Source: Rhizaria sp. SCN 62-66 (Eukaryota). Taken from it: a stretch of DNA of 64,000 nt. A program made the translations under genes and the position numbers. Location: assembly GCA_001724265.1 (NCBI GenBank), contig MEDY01000033.1, positions 124,001 through 188,000 of the forward strand. Direction: 5' to 3'. The notes under the pieces are model-generated. The model did not search any database, was not told the origin of the DNA, and saw only the letters and a program-made list of their open reading frames with translations. This document shows positions 18,001 through 23,207 of the stretch, piece by piece; the first letter of the stretch is position 1, and every line of letters starts with the position of its first letter.

Positions 18001-20472
18001 GATGCTGTCAACCACAGTGCCAGTAATGGTTTCCCTGGACTTGCTACGTACACGTTCAACGCTCCCGTTCGCAGTGCCCGCGTTGGACTTTTGGTCGCGG
18101 CATGGACCGAGCTTGCTGCGAACTGCTTTAGTACAGTGCGGGACTCTCACTCTATTGCCAGGGCTGCTGCTGACGCTGTAATCGCTACCAAACCGAAGAA
18201 GGATGCGGCACCAGCGATGGCCTCTGATCGTAATAGCTGGCTGCTTACGGCGTTCTCTACCCAAGTGACGAAAGTTTCCGGTGATAGCGAAACAGACCAT
18301 CGTGTTACGACACCGCTGCACGCAGCACTTGCGTTAACGCTTGGTCCGTTGCCCGTCAGCTCTACTTCTGTGGAAGAGGACGACAGCGTGGCGATGGATG
18401 TGACGGTCGAGAGTACAACGGCGACGGTGGCAGCTGCTAAAGCGAAGTCTGTGGTCCCGTCCGTGACCCGCATGCATCTCCACATGATCTCCATGCTATT
18501 CACGACGCTCTCCTTCATCGCAGCGCCAGACACTCCGGCCGTGGCCGCTCTGCTCACGCGGCCTTCCCCGCAGACGCTACCCGCGGCGCTCGCGGCCGCG
18601 CTGCGCAAGTCCAGTGACACGTCGCGCTGGGACTTCAAGGCTGCAATGGAGCTGCCCATGGGAATGGTACGCACGCTGGCGATTGCTCCGGTGATTCTGC
18701 CGTATCTCAGCCCCGCGCTGTCTTGCATTGCGAGGCATTTGCTGCAGTGGAGTGGCGCGAAGACTATGGCGCATACGATCACGTACCGCGGGCTGAATGG
18801 CGGCCCTATTGTCAAGACTGACTCGAATGATAGCCCCAGTGCAAGGGCGAGTGCGAGCGCGACTGAAAGTGCAGCCGCATCGATGGGTGGCAGCGATGAT
18901 ACCAGTGGTGTTACCAACAGCGGACGTAATGCTGAGTCTGATCCTGCGAGTGGCAACGCGGACACAGACACGAGCACAAGTAGTGCGAGTACTTCCGTGA
19001 AGCTGGAGCCCGGTCTCAGCAGTACAAGCACCATTGCTATGAGCGATTCTGACGTTACCTCCAACTCCAACGCAGACACTAGTGCCCGCTCCGAGCTCGT
19101 TTCGAGCTCTACCTTGAGTTCAAGTGCAACATCCAGCTTTGATCTCCAGCGTCCATTTGACTATGTTAGTCCACCTCCGCTGGAACCGCTGTCACCGCAA
19201 CCTACAGATCGGTTGACGGCAAATCACGCAATGCTGCCGACGGTTATCGTACACTCTGTCTTCTCCGGTTCGAACCGCACTTACTCCAACGCGCTGCTAC
19301 CACCGAACAGCGCCGCCGCTAACGCTACGCTTGCTACGGTCGCCAGCGCTGCTGCTTCGGCTGCGAGTGCGGCGTGGGAGAGCGCGCACGCCAAGGCGTA
19401 CACAAGCGCGGTCAGTCTCTCGATCACGGGCAATGTCAACAGATCTAGTCTCAACAGCACCGTGGCAAGCAGTAGCTCCGTGGCTATGATGCAGCAAGCG
19501 CAACTGCGTGCTGTCGAGCTTAGTAGCGGCGGCGCTACTCACCCCCAGCTCGCTTGCCGCTTCACGCCTCTACTCAGCACCACAAATGCCTCCAGTACAG
19601 CAGAGGCAGTCTCGGCAGCCGAGACGCATGGGGGGTCGGCTACGCTTTTGGCTGGGGCAGCGGCGGCGGCAACGCGACCCGCGCTAGCCCCGTTGCGTCT
19701 CCCGGCTCCTCTGGCCGCCGTGGCGCTTGGCCACGCAGTGCTGACTCGTGACAACGCCATTCAGGCACTGTCCTTCTACTTACGCGCCGAGAAGGCTCTC
19801 ACGTCGCTAGCTTATCTGCATTTGCACACGCAGCCCGGCCGTGGCAGAGACAACGGCAGCGGCCGCGGCCGGGCTGTGGCTGCAGCGCTTGGAGAGCTGT
19901 ATCTCTATGCTGGCGCTGCGCTCCTGCATCTAGGTGCGACCAAGGTCCTGGCCCAGCGCATTCCGACGCGCATCGCACTCGGAAACCTCGCGTTGGCCTG
20001 CTTTTTTAGGTATCGCATTGCGAGTAACGACTCGTTGACGTCGCTATATTGCCTTGCGCGCGCGTTCACGTGGCTGGGGAATGTGACCAATGCGATGGCA
20101 TTCTACAAGAACACGCTTGTTGCTGCTGAAAATGCTATTGTACGGTGTGAGATGGAAATGCACGACATTTCGACCAAGATTTCGCTTATCAGTCACACGA
20201 ATTGCAGTACCTCGATGGTGAGCTCAGCCGCTGTCTCCGACCCCACCGCTATTCAGTCGACCACAAACGTCGTCGCAGATATCGACGCGACTGCTCAAGA
20301 CGTCGAGGCTCTGGCCGCGGAGGGTCTGGCTGTCGCGGCGGAGAGCGAGATTGCCCGCCGTATCGCCCTGTCGGCCGCGCACAACTTGGCGCTGCTGGCG
20401 CACGATGAGGGCGACCAGGCCTTGGTGGTTGGTCTAAGGCGCAAGTATCCAGAATTACCGGGACAAAAGTGA
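1..20472 (+). CDS. GTF3C3: Giant TPR protein, likely TFIIIC subunit 3 (GTF3C3/Tfc4/tau131) orthologue with massive low-complexity insertions; probably 5'-partial
   Basis: Frame 1 is open from base 1 to TGA at 20470-20472; the first in-frame ATG is at 385. An acidic tract is followed by KKCRHSVRRAPMPYTLHRVLLIADVAISAGQLVSAAALLLLLIRSGPHVEAFYERLARVQTRQG (~1414-1670), resembling the first TPR of GTF3C3. The C-terminus ALGHAVLTRDNAIQALSFYLRA...LYLYAGAALLHLGATK...LALACFFRYR...SLYCLARAFTWLGNVTNAMAFYKNTL...AAHNLALLAHDEGDQALVVGLRRKY (~19708-20450) follows the GTF3C3/Tfc4 C-terminal pattern (YNLGRxxHQLG...AxxYY...AYNLxLIY). Confidence 0.75.
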   Translation, partial: PPTFNGDPQPPSAAAALPSAASVSTASNPTAAAAAAASLAASVAAAAAAPAPATRAAASTYGSRLFGPALLSSSASSSSSRNGNVPTSLLSQSTSSSSLGASASFPFGSGASAAPATRAAAVAAAAAPMNLNGNNSFTSNTRARDDTASASAGPVTAASIAAAAAAAANAALDGVRLQAVMSDAEYNNAVRSGGPADGLDAAGAGTPGVKRGRGRPKGSGSKNKAVLDASSGDGGFANARAPAAFGAVISATHSNSSSSSGSRGGRGRGRGRGRGRGSAVSGRGGRGGSPAAVRGNVSVKNLSLTTGAAGGQNSSGGYNGDDGDDDDDDYFANSGNNSFGGYGAGDDGDDNEDDDDDDGFASLFALGQKYSGGAAAGNTPGAAAGDAEDDDAAAIAEYRAFLRAHGPAKPALTASAPAPSGRRSAAASLRSPLSAPGGSALGGGSFDADDEYVDDDGDDAAVGAVFDADASMNWRKKCRHSVRRAPMPYTLHRVLLIADVAISAGQLVSAAALLLLLIRSGPHVEAFYERLARVQTRQGLAAAAVGSRLLALSLQRTVVLLKPDKQERARLFAAGAAGGMSTALEHAQELELLAGQFQQHVRLLQQLLLTPLPAIPWTETPALQSQTQAQVQQSPSVKVELLSFDGSSNTSSSNSVSANAISSFDAHGSDIDSDSATSCRTADAYCGASPVSGVGAFVPSLASHPVTEHPEDALPARRGAPAQHDTKMAVVTALLLARAAPVPAALLYLANSSIADDNPNIDNAKSTSRFRGGALVRFPYSAPPSSSVVPFPWLACRGLSFHPSQFKGLAVISAPRSLSDDPFLPYMYYQPTYPRLAPRLALPPTVPLLTVTAPALAANITAAVALVNAYAAAVAAEPGGAGLWKTTRAGINLLEWCSLGGRARALALYAQANASLAKAGHSSIGGQLTGAVAGAMKGHLTLVMAQTLSTAASVLGDSSSTQRLLSYPNLYSVDGGDSNASANASVGSNGDGVERPPWALTLSALRSFHATLAATDGLALVTRATVGGSTAGAEAVAAAASAAALVEEARQARYAPSVTNGSDSVTNSDAGVSSSSSNNNSFAEFVNTNNKPASDSAESAASVRATAAAAMAAGSVTGGVSFKTVGKGCVEDPTGLEAQFASDDDSNTDTDSDCESNDESDSIFPTTVDLNETNSSRTSSSSSDASGTRRPAAPAASAAAAYTPVCPAPPPFPPSQEPLWAHITQWSPAPLAELWLRRRALVAAEVDRMRETRSRHARWALFTRRRQTATAALKAAAEAAAAEATEAADELKRAKEEQRHALAEYGLVSDSTSDSTGVVAKAKRAAAAAGTKADRAGNKSATLATAAAVAASAFVAAVKAYREAAVMPLPVSVHARTLATSNGFANSRTAGSKSDCGLASAALEFDNAPLTGGRYNLYGYWVPNDDDALVNGSHSSSSSSSSSSSSSNATALVDTAHTSSNNALSAALAAGDALTDARYAASLRMSTDWLAADAAVAAPASISAVARSPYAMGGVLQAAAQLAGVWLRWRRQAVPSVTADSVARFNCTGATQAAAAAAAAAAAAGGEVDPGLVAEAEAESAVTMATAGVWGHGALSAHALDACAYQGHSSVDDVDDSHDGSDCNKHGHQASHDCGCLCPTHATAAVASAAPAHSHCRQAHCRLHAHLLPHLRRHAPLALLAPPPSYPALWSTAVGGKLGSYLNAELAQLAFKYKTRNNGNVQANASSASVGASADARADGGVASLLGGAAASSSDNSSYPLPNVPPVPLPTPLSLELLEEALAGALATVPPRSLAAVTVGNGAGGADAGLGEALCQARDLWRRVRRNQSRAASATAAESMRDTSDDGDDETESYRASGMSLNSERMSKTRSKRGRKSLDSGVAWHPRVALVIRAIATICARVDAVAKLCDAVVKSESAAEISYQACGGECNSNSRAHSCDHDRTHTRSPSGSSNGLVTAESALASMYLCDSDVENGSCNYTSDRDVSTNDGNNNGFAMAFSFPYPLHPPSPVHSYLRLPHVWIAAAAHTLHSARVQSLQLAHALSKNTSEVIQNRASTFVGSWLDTQQTSITRTGSSPCGLALKDIAVVSPEVGAARRIALLRSSVFAVGYGNNACFCGAGDKMKREVQKLQHELQQLQQQLKECRCTLYCKCGAVECQCFYSCKCPVAKSPRAVQQQLLLQQHKQKLRELLRESKCHAALCKRRSRWGASDEYGYVMAAESAYLSATVTSAPTAADGDDDDEEGGKRKHAAARKINKKTLMKNAPPLRGANSATKTAAALAAATGGEAGDNDGDDNEDDGDDDDADEQEDDEEEDDDDNDEDGGNVDTPRRRRVRTPAGNTPAPASASAISSAAATGAGDGLGLSGSRGNAKPEPMQRPDFLAPAHYSLPLLPSPLWTAPSPAALSWLSLRLRALLAPLLLDIADDDDSDSDYDCDDNDNEDNSFGEHAHTAQPQSAIAFLPPHPTDVDVVHGCTLMPLRRATRYLLSCPSLRSADAAAAVVLRSALAVAGQTCPVADAASSANGAHSSDVAGSDANQGENCAATAPAWLLAQETPQAAAAAAARRRARLMKQIASARSRGGRKLSRTLVTQLFSLEALPASPRFHFPMPYVHSALFLSLPQLPGLKPDHVPPPLTLAATNKPSSASTGGFSTGFAWDSLVLRVTALPLPVQPSLLQPSPLRPAPVRALTRLMGPVDDTGVPAVWNQDDDDLDGGDDDGGDDENDDDDGYTASKDATKTGRDAAANGGVSGRGAAWLSGVGGAGDGIVPVADTVYKSAIALHRKLVRDGLLSDETHVAMWGSSLNPDNNADSDNEDEDEDGEDAGKTADRDSDVRRPLHTLSSVATAPLLALYSVTAPIIANTGAFYIPGRAGAGPPACRAPPQSPALTATLALTLLARGCVAAGAAARALMALQLRAVAALAVVREWEQEGWPVTMTKNCDGSNGNVNQGVYVGDITPLNTDNTKSKSTADAFLPHNVGAVSIVRPLGQPHEALFAVQSRSDGESSQVTVTPSVTLTATLSLLAAVRAQKDMILQSRIWRMPDPSAFTPNTNVADKCDSDRSLSSESGGNASAGCDASNANTGDNGVIAHADPDYSFFTNPTFANNPLVYTFISDSNTAADTANDALNPNATVTDRYAPFGPGIAPTAAYTAAAAHESVMRAGRALLLHRLTLLVAIEKDCLWALEAEAAAAKLSVALAAEVEAAVAEEQQQEQVHKVQTEVSESSASASASAVNASSGDSSAAQKVTVMSLINAVVPKNMRSSSPSLLSWSDEDDGEYMSAPYAGVLTRMFRRVYLPFSLVTPGVPTVTPLLGFDSGDSGYSSSRAMRTHTVARVWRRLPVGLLPYVAPLPHALATALASFQSAQRHDGTTAHVSAFSSKPYLAARRLRVLSTLAWARQVPSPAPTLQSLANGNASPRPSTQSQWLGPSSPLVTGESAVSLCLHLSPRVWDAQALHLLLPTVTPRDNNAANPDTDTVVVGSAEPVLSPSDRDAAAAVRTCRDLLTERPTALLKRVLFADGLQFAWQALAASNADLPQNAPFFAPASAPVPADWRPEPCKWSDPLAGAPTMAAAAASARRDLYMTQARWALERVALETAYLRAVAASATVGSGAGTIGAGAAVTVGSGVGTAGGGAGLWGDIVEAMLALMQMMGSASEINSSVDSIVPSVSYDDMNELSSQPTLMSLPYLLTSPHGATLSQQHRESLVAAAISHFLGTAEVALVGTAVNLTTPRHSIASNGDGTRFTRNGSNYLSNLSEFMTSATGALGPEALRALSAIEVNPLCRPFTDRDDGIAHDHYGQRDTSALSVENVTCALTTAGLWLCRGSCGDGNDSESNTSASGTSAKSSAAAVATSGACSVFSASFAVYNPLSWAPAAALLVQLPVLSKTRTTRASVSLESTAASHGFVPLVIPATRTSATVWWPPLPPAVTGVEDGAKRTGSDAFVHNRASSAQITAIVAAAADLYLSPATQSSHLSGSVTLSQIVRSPLHSAWLRRLLMPLLGSQLALQSAHEVLRGSESNFADDDGGIPQQADANALAVHAHSETSLIRSRRPLLLLGPGTAAAAAGGAACGAPGALALSVTEALVFTASSLRPTTPTVALALRGSEAAEETEEQKEPLVTVATEAIPVPLTFDWETRICGRDEARIKIKSDTKTARLRRARKLELMGHVERTDIFPLQPFQCAYSKTMIARALKNYRMLKDTSADTSTGSSGHGGSVGLLIIPPRPQALLTVVGAGLGMPSLVSNDSELALYTLATDDTTATTTTGARRSRANAHSKAIVAESRAAYARRSFGLLSAACATVFAPESAAALVDVLVRAVTVAAVQGAVAPAVATAPVAALPATTLSRAKLRRISAAPAATAITAGAVVKVNTSSVDAAASAARSYDDGKSDNLRDVMLELVGDAMAQHDDTSAASSGLHLLSSLLQVGHTTAVSATVTRDNLSHTSSIVIDHWRQQRQHLGSETALRKSSQDRLPNDVAAAARLDADALLTVTRMPPLPFWLQGPPKLSTAVTTSATAASMQTALKGETEIVAFRQWVRSQLHTISFPQPLLTRSNAITAHCSLAPSQRSWQAVRLLPWLVTWHAPNPIVTAPLLLLPYALRTDVHLASALVRSAAALALTVATGAAGSGARAAVGLDSDLRSFLKRTFEERKWLAARKSKAAALAAAGTPVLGRPAGSSSQLNAAIDASEAVVLWRRLAKDALLDLMSVTAGMVAFSFACPSLKPSTTQVESRRTKLARKKAAKAAWLASPRGNNSNNSNSSNNSFANIDEDVLNDVNINSDGDDGGDDYADGEDGAEGGQSNFRQAISAQQLRDLAQYLTDTVIPPPREGREDVVLTEKRAATKYLDAYREAYAREMAQKHGKSGIIACYLLGVHFMHETLRVREMKNITTDRAFMLKRRVMAPANENLPLNGRACPPYTVIVTDPVKTVAAMTVLIRKSKMYYAEIALQRDFTMQQRLPQHLRLARQHLLHTYLSKVMSANANAAAVMAVKTRACTESNLFSLVSTVLASSKDTTASAVHASTRDNTAYVGGASLIKTVAFPDPALSGVLGNPMRLDFSRFFNHIPFAGVLTAAGLPPATVTTVTEHVRSFLVDGGTSVIASRPPRTPRPPPQDPAAARALRRQKSLAKAAEKRAARVALKLARLEGARAIVASRKAAREERRAAAQLEKEERAVLASLKREGRLTVAVEAAREAKKVALAVRLAARERMKRAETALTVAVRRVRRKPAAATSAASVVRQEDLLQEQWGTNVQQNRPPLLETPEQRAQRELLRAQQRGSVVLQRWSTSPGPFSQDTVHVMCRRLCKFFLQMYVFVMRGLRGQVKLFASPDARAVVFTAIGVVTTPRPALAPTAMSWTEAVPAEVTAALEEPTLRAAMRVAWRPAQGQRFPARALLPATVATAANAVKPRSSSDKESAQAALSPSSFTAGDDNAKDDENGKSADVCSVGSSSASTVQSIAAAAQVYAAAAAATLVAAQDHDQAQQQMQWAMAQRDIHWHVRTDAELVKLCTLAEGAIAVGRTDIIVDIVALVLWNTLEVAAAATCRTPHAGSTLPLQSVLLDAKLTQYTYSAAGLSVSNMLITKTLFDIVAAAAPGFQRKGRGAYYLAMDKNGSPGHSSRASSSSSSSAASGRVYTAPQPGLFALSLQQERQQPKQQQPTAGRALPSQPLSRSVLTSLTVTETAPTTDLLHRVPWLPTLLHTDAPDANTQAHSSASIDRKADEQWRFAFCSPESVDSAAAVTLCYGASRPVDPALTAIIRSPAFLHCALLCSRVLRASGHPVQARGLLTWALLASDATPVTAPHSTVLATPRAPGFRGGGASRVSVMELFERATKDVMDASTVGKGVGETALTSEASLQCENVKSMRAESDVSVGATDTAAAATATAASKPALDTVLVPGDRVTKVTVSLPTALWSNAKACDDLATSTASLGDFCSQKPQQKQSQSVMSDDISPNDSRRRASARADIHDSRANTENSSSAIGCGNPASNNGQDAVNHSASNGFPGLATYTFNAPVRSARVGLLVAAWTELAANCFSTVRDSHSIARAAADAVIATKPKKDAAPAMASDRNSWLLTAFSTQVTKVSGDSETDHRVTTPLHAALALTLGPLPVSSTSVEEDDSVAMDVTVESTTATVAAAKAKSVVPSVTRMHLHMISMLFTTLSFIAAPDTPAVAALLTRPSPQTLPAALAAALRKSSDTSRWDFKAAMELPMGMVRTLAIAPVILPYLSPALSCIARHLLQWSGAKTMAHTITYRGLNGGPIVKTDSNDSPSARASASATESAAASMGGSDDTSGVTNSGRNAESDPASGNADTDTSTSSASTSVKLEPGLSSTSTIAMSDSDVTSNSNADTSARSELVSSSTLSSSATSSFDLQRPFDYVSPPPLEPLSPQPTDRLTANHAMLPTVIVHSVFSGSNRTYSNALLPPNSAAANATLATVASAAASAASAAWESAHAKAYTSAVSLSITGNVNRSSLNSTVASSSSVAMMQQAQLRAVELSSGGATHPQLACRFTPLLSTTNASSTAEAVSAAETHGGSATLLAGAAAAATRPALAPLRLPAPLAAVALGHAVLTRDNAIQALSFYLRAEKALTSLAYLHLHTQPGRGRDNGSGRGRAVAAALGELYLYAGAALLHLGATKVLAQRIPTRIALGNLALACFFRYRIASNDSLTSLYCLARAFTWLGNVTNAMAFYKNTLVAAENAIVRCEMEMHDISTKISLISHTNCSTSMVSSAAVSDPTAIQSTTNVVADIDATAQDVEALAAEGLAVAAESEIARRIALSAAHNLALLAHDEGDQALVVGLRRKYPELPGQK
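628..672 (+). other. AT-hook motif (KRGRGRPKGSGSKNK) within the giant ORF
   Basis: Core RGRP with basic flanks and a GSKNK extension, read directly from the translation; an RG-rich tract follows at ~787-864. Confidence 0.75.
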
Positions 20473-21662
20473 TAATGAACAACGAAATGAATGGGTCACA
20501 GACAAACGGTGTCACAAAGACGTCTCATACTTGACTGATGAACATCCCCCCGGGCACATATTGAGGGAATTAAAATCTGTATTTCAACTACACATGTTTT
20601 TGCTCCATAGTTATATCAAAATACAAACTGCACTTATTTATTACGCCTCCAATTGACGATGCCGGAATGATTACATTGGATAGACACTGAAAACAATATA
20701 TTGACTTGTATTGTTGAAATATAATGTGATTTTGTAATATATTTATTTGATTTTGTGCGATAAATTTATGACTATTGCTGTTTTTAACTGTTATGTGATC
20801 TTTAGTAATAATTTACACAGAGGGGATCTTGGGGTATCACAAGTCCTAACCATGAGTGGTCCACAAAATGTGAGATTTTCGAAAAAATGAAATCAAATAT
20901 CGTGGGAAACAAGGACGATAATGCAATAAAACAGTGTAAATTCAAATTGGGGGGGAGCTTTTCAAAAATAATATCACATCGTCACTTTTTCAAGTCAAAA
21001 ATGATTGAAAACTCGTTTTCATTGTCACGCCCATGGTTCTTCTGCGTAGACTGACATAGTTAGGCTAAATTAAACATATCTACTCAAGTATCCACTCTCC
21101 ACGTACTGCTCAAAATTGTACGTTGAAGTATATTACGAGTGGCTCAACTTAAAGGGCACACTACAGCAGCGGAGAACAGTCATGACGCATGCAGAAACTT
21201 GATTTGTAAACATGTACATCTTAAAGTAACTGATGTTTATAGAATCAAAAGTGAATTTATTTACATACGCCAACATGAAAATACACGTATAATCTTAACT
21301 ATTTTCTTGTAAGATGTCGTCATGGTGATATATCTATGTTTCTAGTCACTTTACGTCGATGACAGATATTTACAAACCAGTATAAAGCTAGCTTAACAAC
21401 CTCCTATTGAAAAGTGATACATTTTAGGACACAAAAAAAGCAATATTATACTACATCCAATATTTACTTGCTTTGAAGAGTGTTTTGTATCTGAGGTAAC
21501 TCGGACAAGATTTTGCTCAAGTGGTCTGCACTCGGATGTGACTGTGAGCAGGGCCAAAGTTAGGCCGGACGGTTCGGTTTGGCGAGGGGGAGACGTTGGT
21601 CACCTCGGTCAAGGGGCGGCTTTTGCGTTGGATCGATTTCGGTTGATTTACAATACGTTATA

Positions 21663-22536
21663 ATGCCCAGTTTTGATTCTGTTGAGGCCGCCTACAAGGA
21701 CTTTGCCGCCGCTGACTCTGAGACCACTTGGTACGTTATTGCACCTCGTTTTATTCCTGCCGTTTCGGGCTCGTGCCTGAGGACGCAAGGTGGCCACGCG
21801 CAGATCTCTGCATCTCTGTCCTCCTTCACCTTTGCATTGATTCTGGTTTTCTTTTTCTGTTGCAGCATATCAACTTTGTGATCTCTGTTAAAATAGTGTT
21901 TTTTTGCTTGTCCTCTACATCGTGCTGCCCGTAGCAGTGTCGGCGCTGGGGCTGGCAGAGTATCTTCTCTCTCCTGCTTGCGTCATCACCACCTTTGCAG
22001 CTTCTCCTACGTCCTGTTTGGTCTACACTACCTTTGATTTCTCAGGGCAACAAACTAACGCTCTTCTCATTTTCTTTCGATCGGTCTTGCTTTCAATTGT
22101 ATCATTTATGACGTGGTTTCACGTGCATAGGTTCACCTGCACCTACGACCGTGCTTCGAACAAGCTCGTCTACAAGAACTCCGGCACGGGCAACCTTGAC
22201 GAGTTCAAGGCTGAGCTCACCGAGAACGCCGTCATCTTTGGTGGCTACAAGGTCCTCGTCATTGATGAGTCCGAGACCGTGACTTCCCGCCGCTGCAAGC
22301 TCGTCCAGATCACCTGGATCGGCGGCTCCGTCTCCCCCATGCTCCGCAACGCGCCCCTCGCCTCCAAGGCCGAGCGCGTCAACCTCTTCACCGGCACCTC
22401 CCACGAGATCCAGGCCAACGACGCCGACATGATCACCGAGAAGGGCATTGCCAAGCAGCTCCTCCTTTCTGGCGGCGCGCACAAGCCCACCCACTACATG
22501 TTCGGCCCCAACAAGATCCTCCTCTCCGAGCTCTAA
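21663..22536 (+). CDS. Coactosin-like ADF-H (actin-binding) protein, 2 exons
   Basis: join(21663..21730,22131..22536); intron gtacgt...catag, phase consistent. Protein MPSFDSVEAAYKDFAAADSETTWFTCTYD...SGTGNLDEFKAEL...RCKLVQITWIG...LLLSGGAHKPTHY has the coactosin/ADF-H pattern and strong codon bias. Confidence 0.85.
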
Positions 22537-23207
22537 GTTCGCTGCCGCCACAACGACTCCACCGTGTGCCGTGTGCGTGCGCTTGTTGACGTGCGTGTTG
22601 TGCAGGTAATGCCGCTGTTTTCCACCTCCGGATGAGACAGCGGCGCCCGCTGCTGCACGCGCACACGACTAGCATATCCCACTCCTGACTGTTCCATTAC
22701 ACCATTACTACTGCTACTGCTACTACATCCACTACTCCTTTTCCTGCCACTGAGGCGTTGTTGCCATTTCTTTCATCACGAAGACGCAACAACAGTGACG
22801 GATTGTACATCTCTCAATACACCAAAATTATCCTCCCAAACAAAACAGTTATTCATGGATTGTTACGTTGCCACTTGCTCACTCACGATCATTGCTATGG
22901 TTGTGTGATAATATTAAGAGATTGTATTTATATATGCACAAAGATGTGTGCATTATGACTTCATTCTTCTTTCTTATTATAAAATATGTTGATTGATTGG
23001 TATGATAATACAATGTAGTATTGAACAGTCACCTCCTGGGCGACGTTCAAGTAAACAAACGATAACAAATCACGACTTTTACTTCATCTAACACCGCGCG
23101 TGCGTGATATCAGTCTTTTTTGCTCGCTCAAAAAGAGCGATCAAACGCCACATCAGGAAAGCACGCCGCATTCAAATCTACCAGGCCGGTTGATTGACTT
23201 GACTGAC

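Noticed and set aside
20848-21038. Possible MITE with AACCATG...CATGGTT ends
   Set aside because: Only 7 bp exact, weak extension, no target-site duplication.
21579-22130. Track ORF starts at 21579 and 21904 as separate genes
   Set aside because: They are read-through into upstream sequence and the intron of the single spliced coactosin gene.
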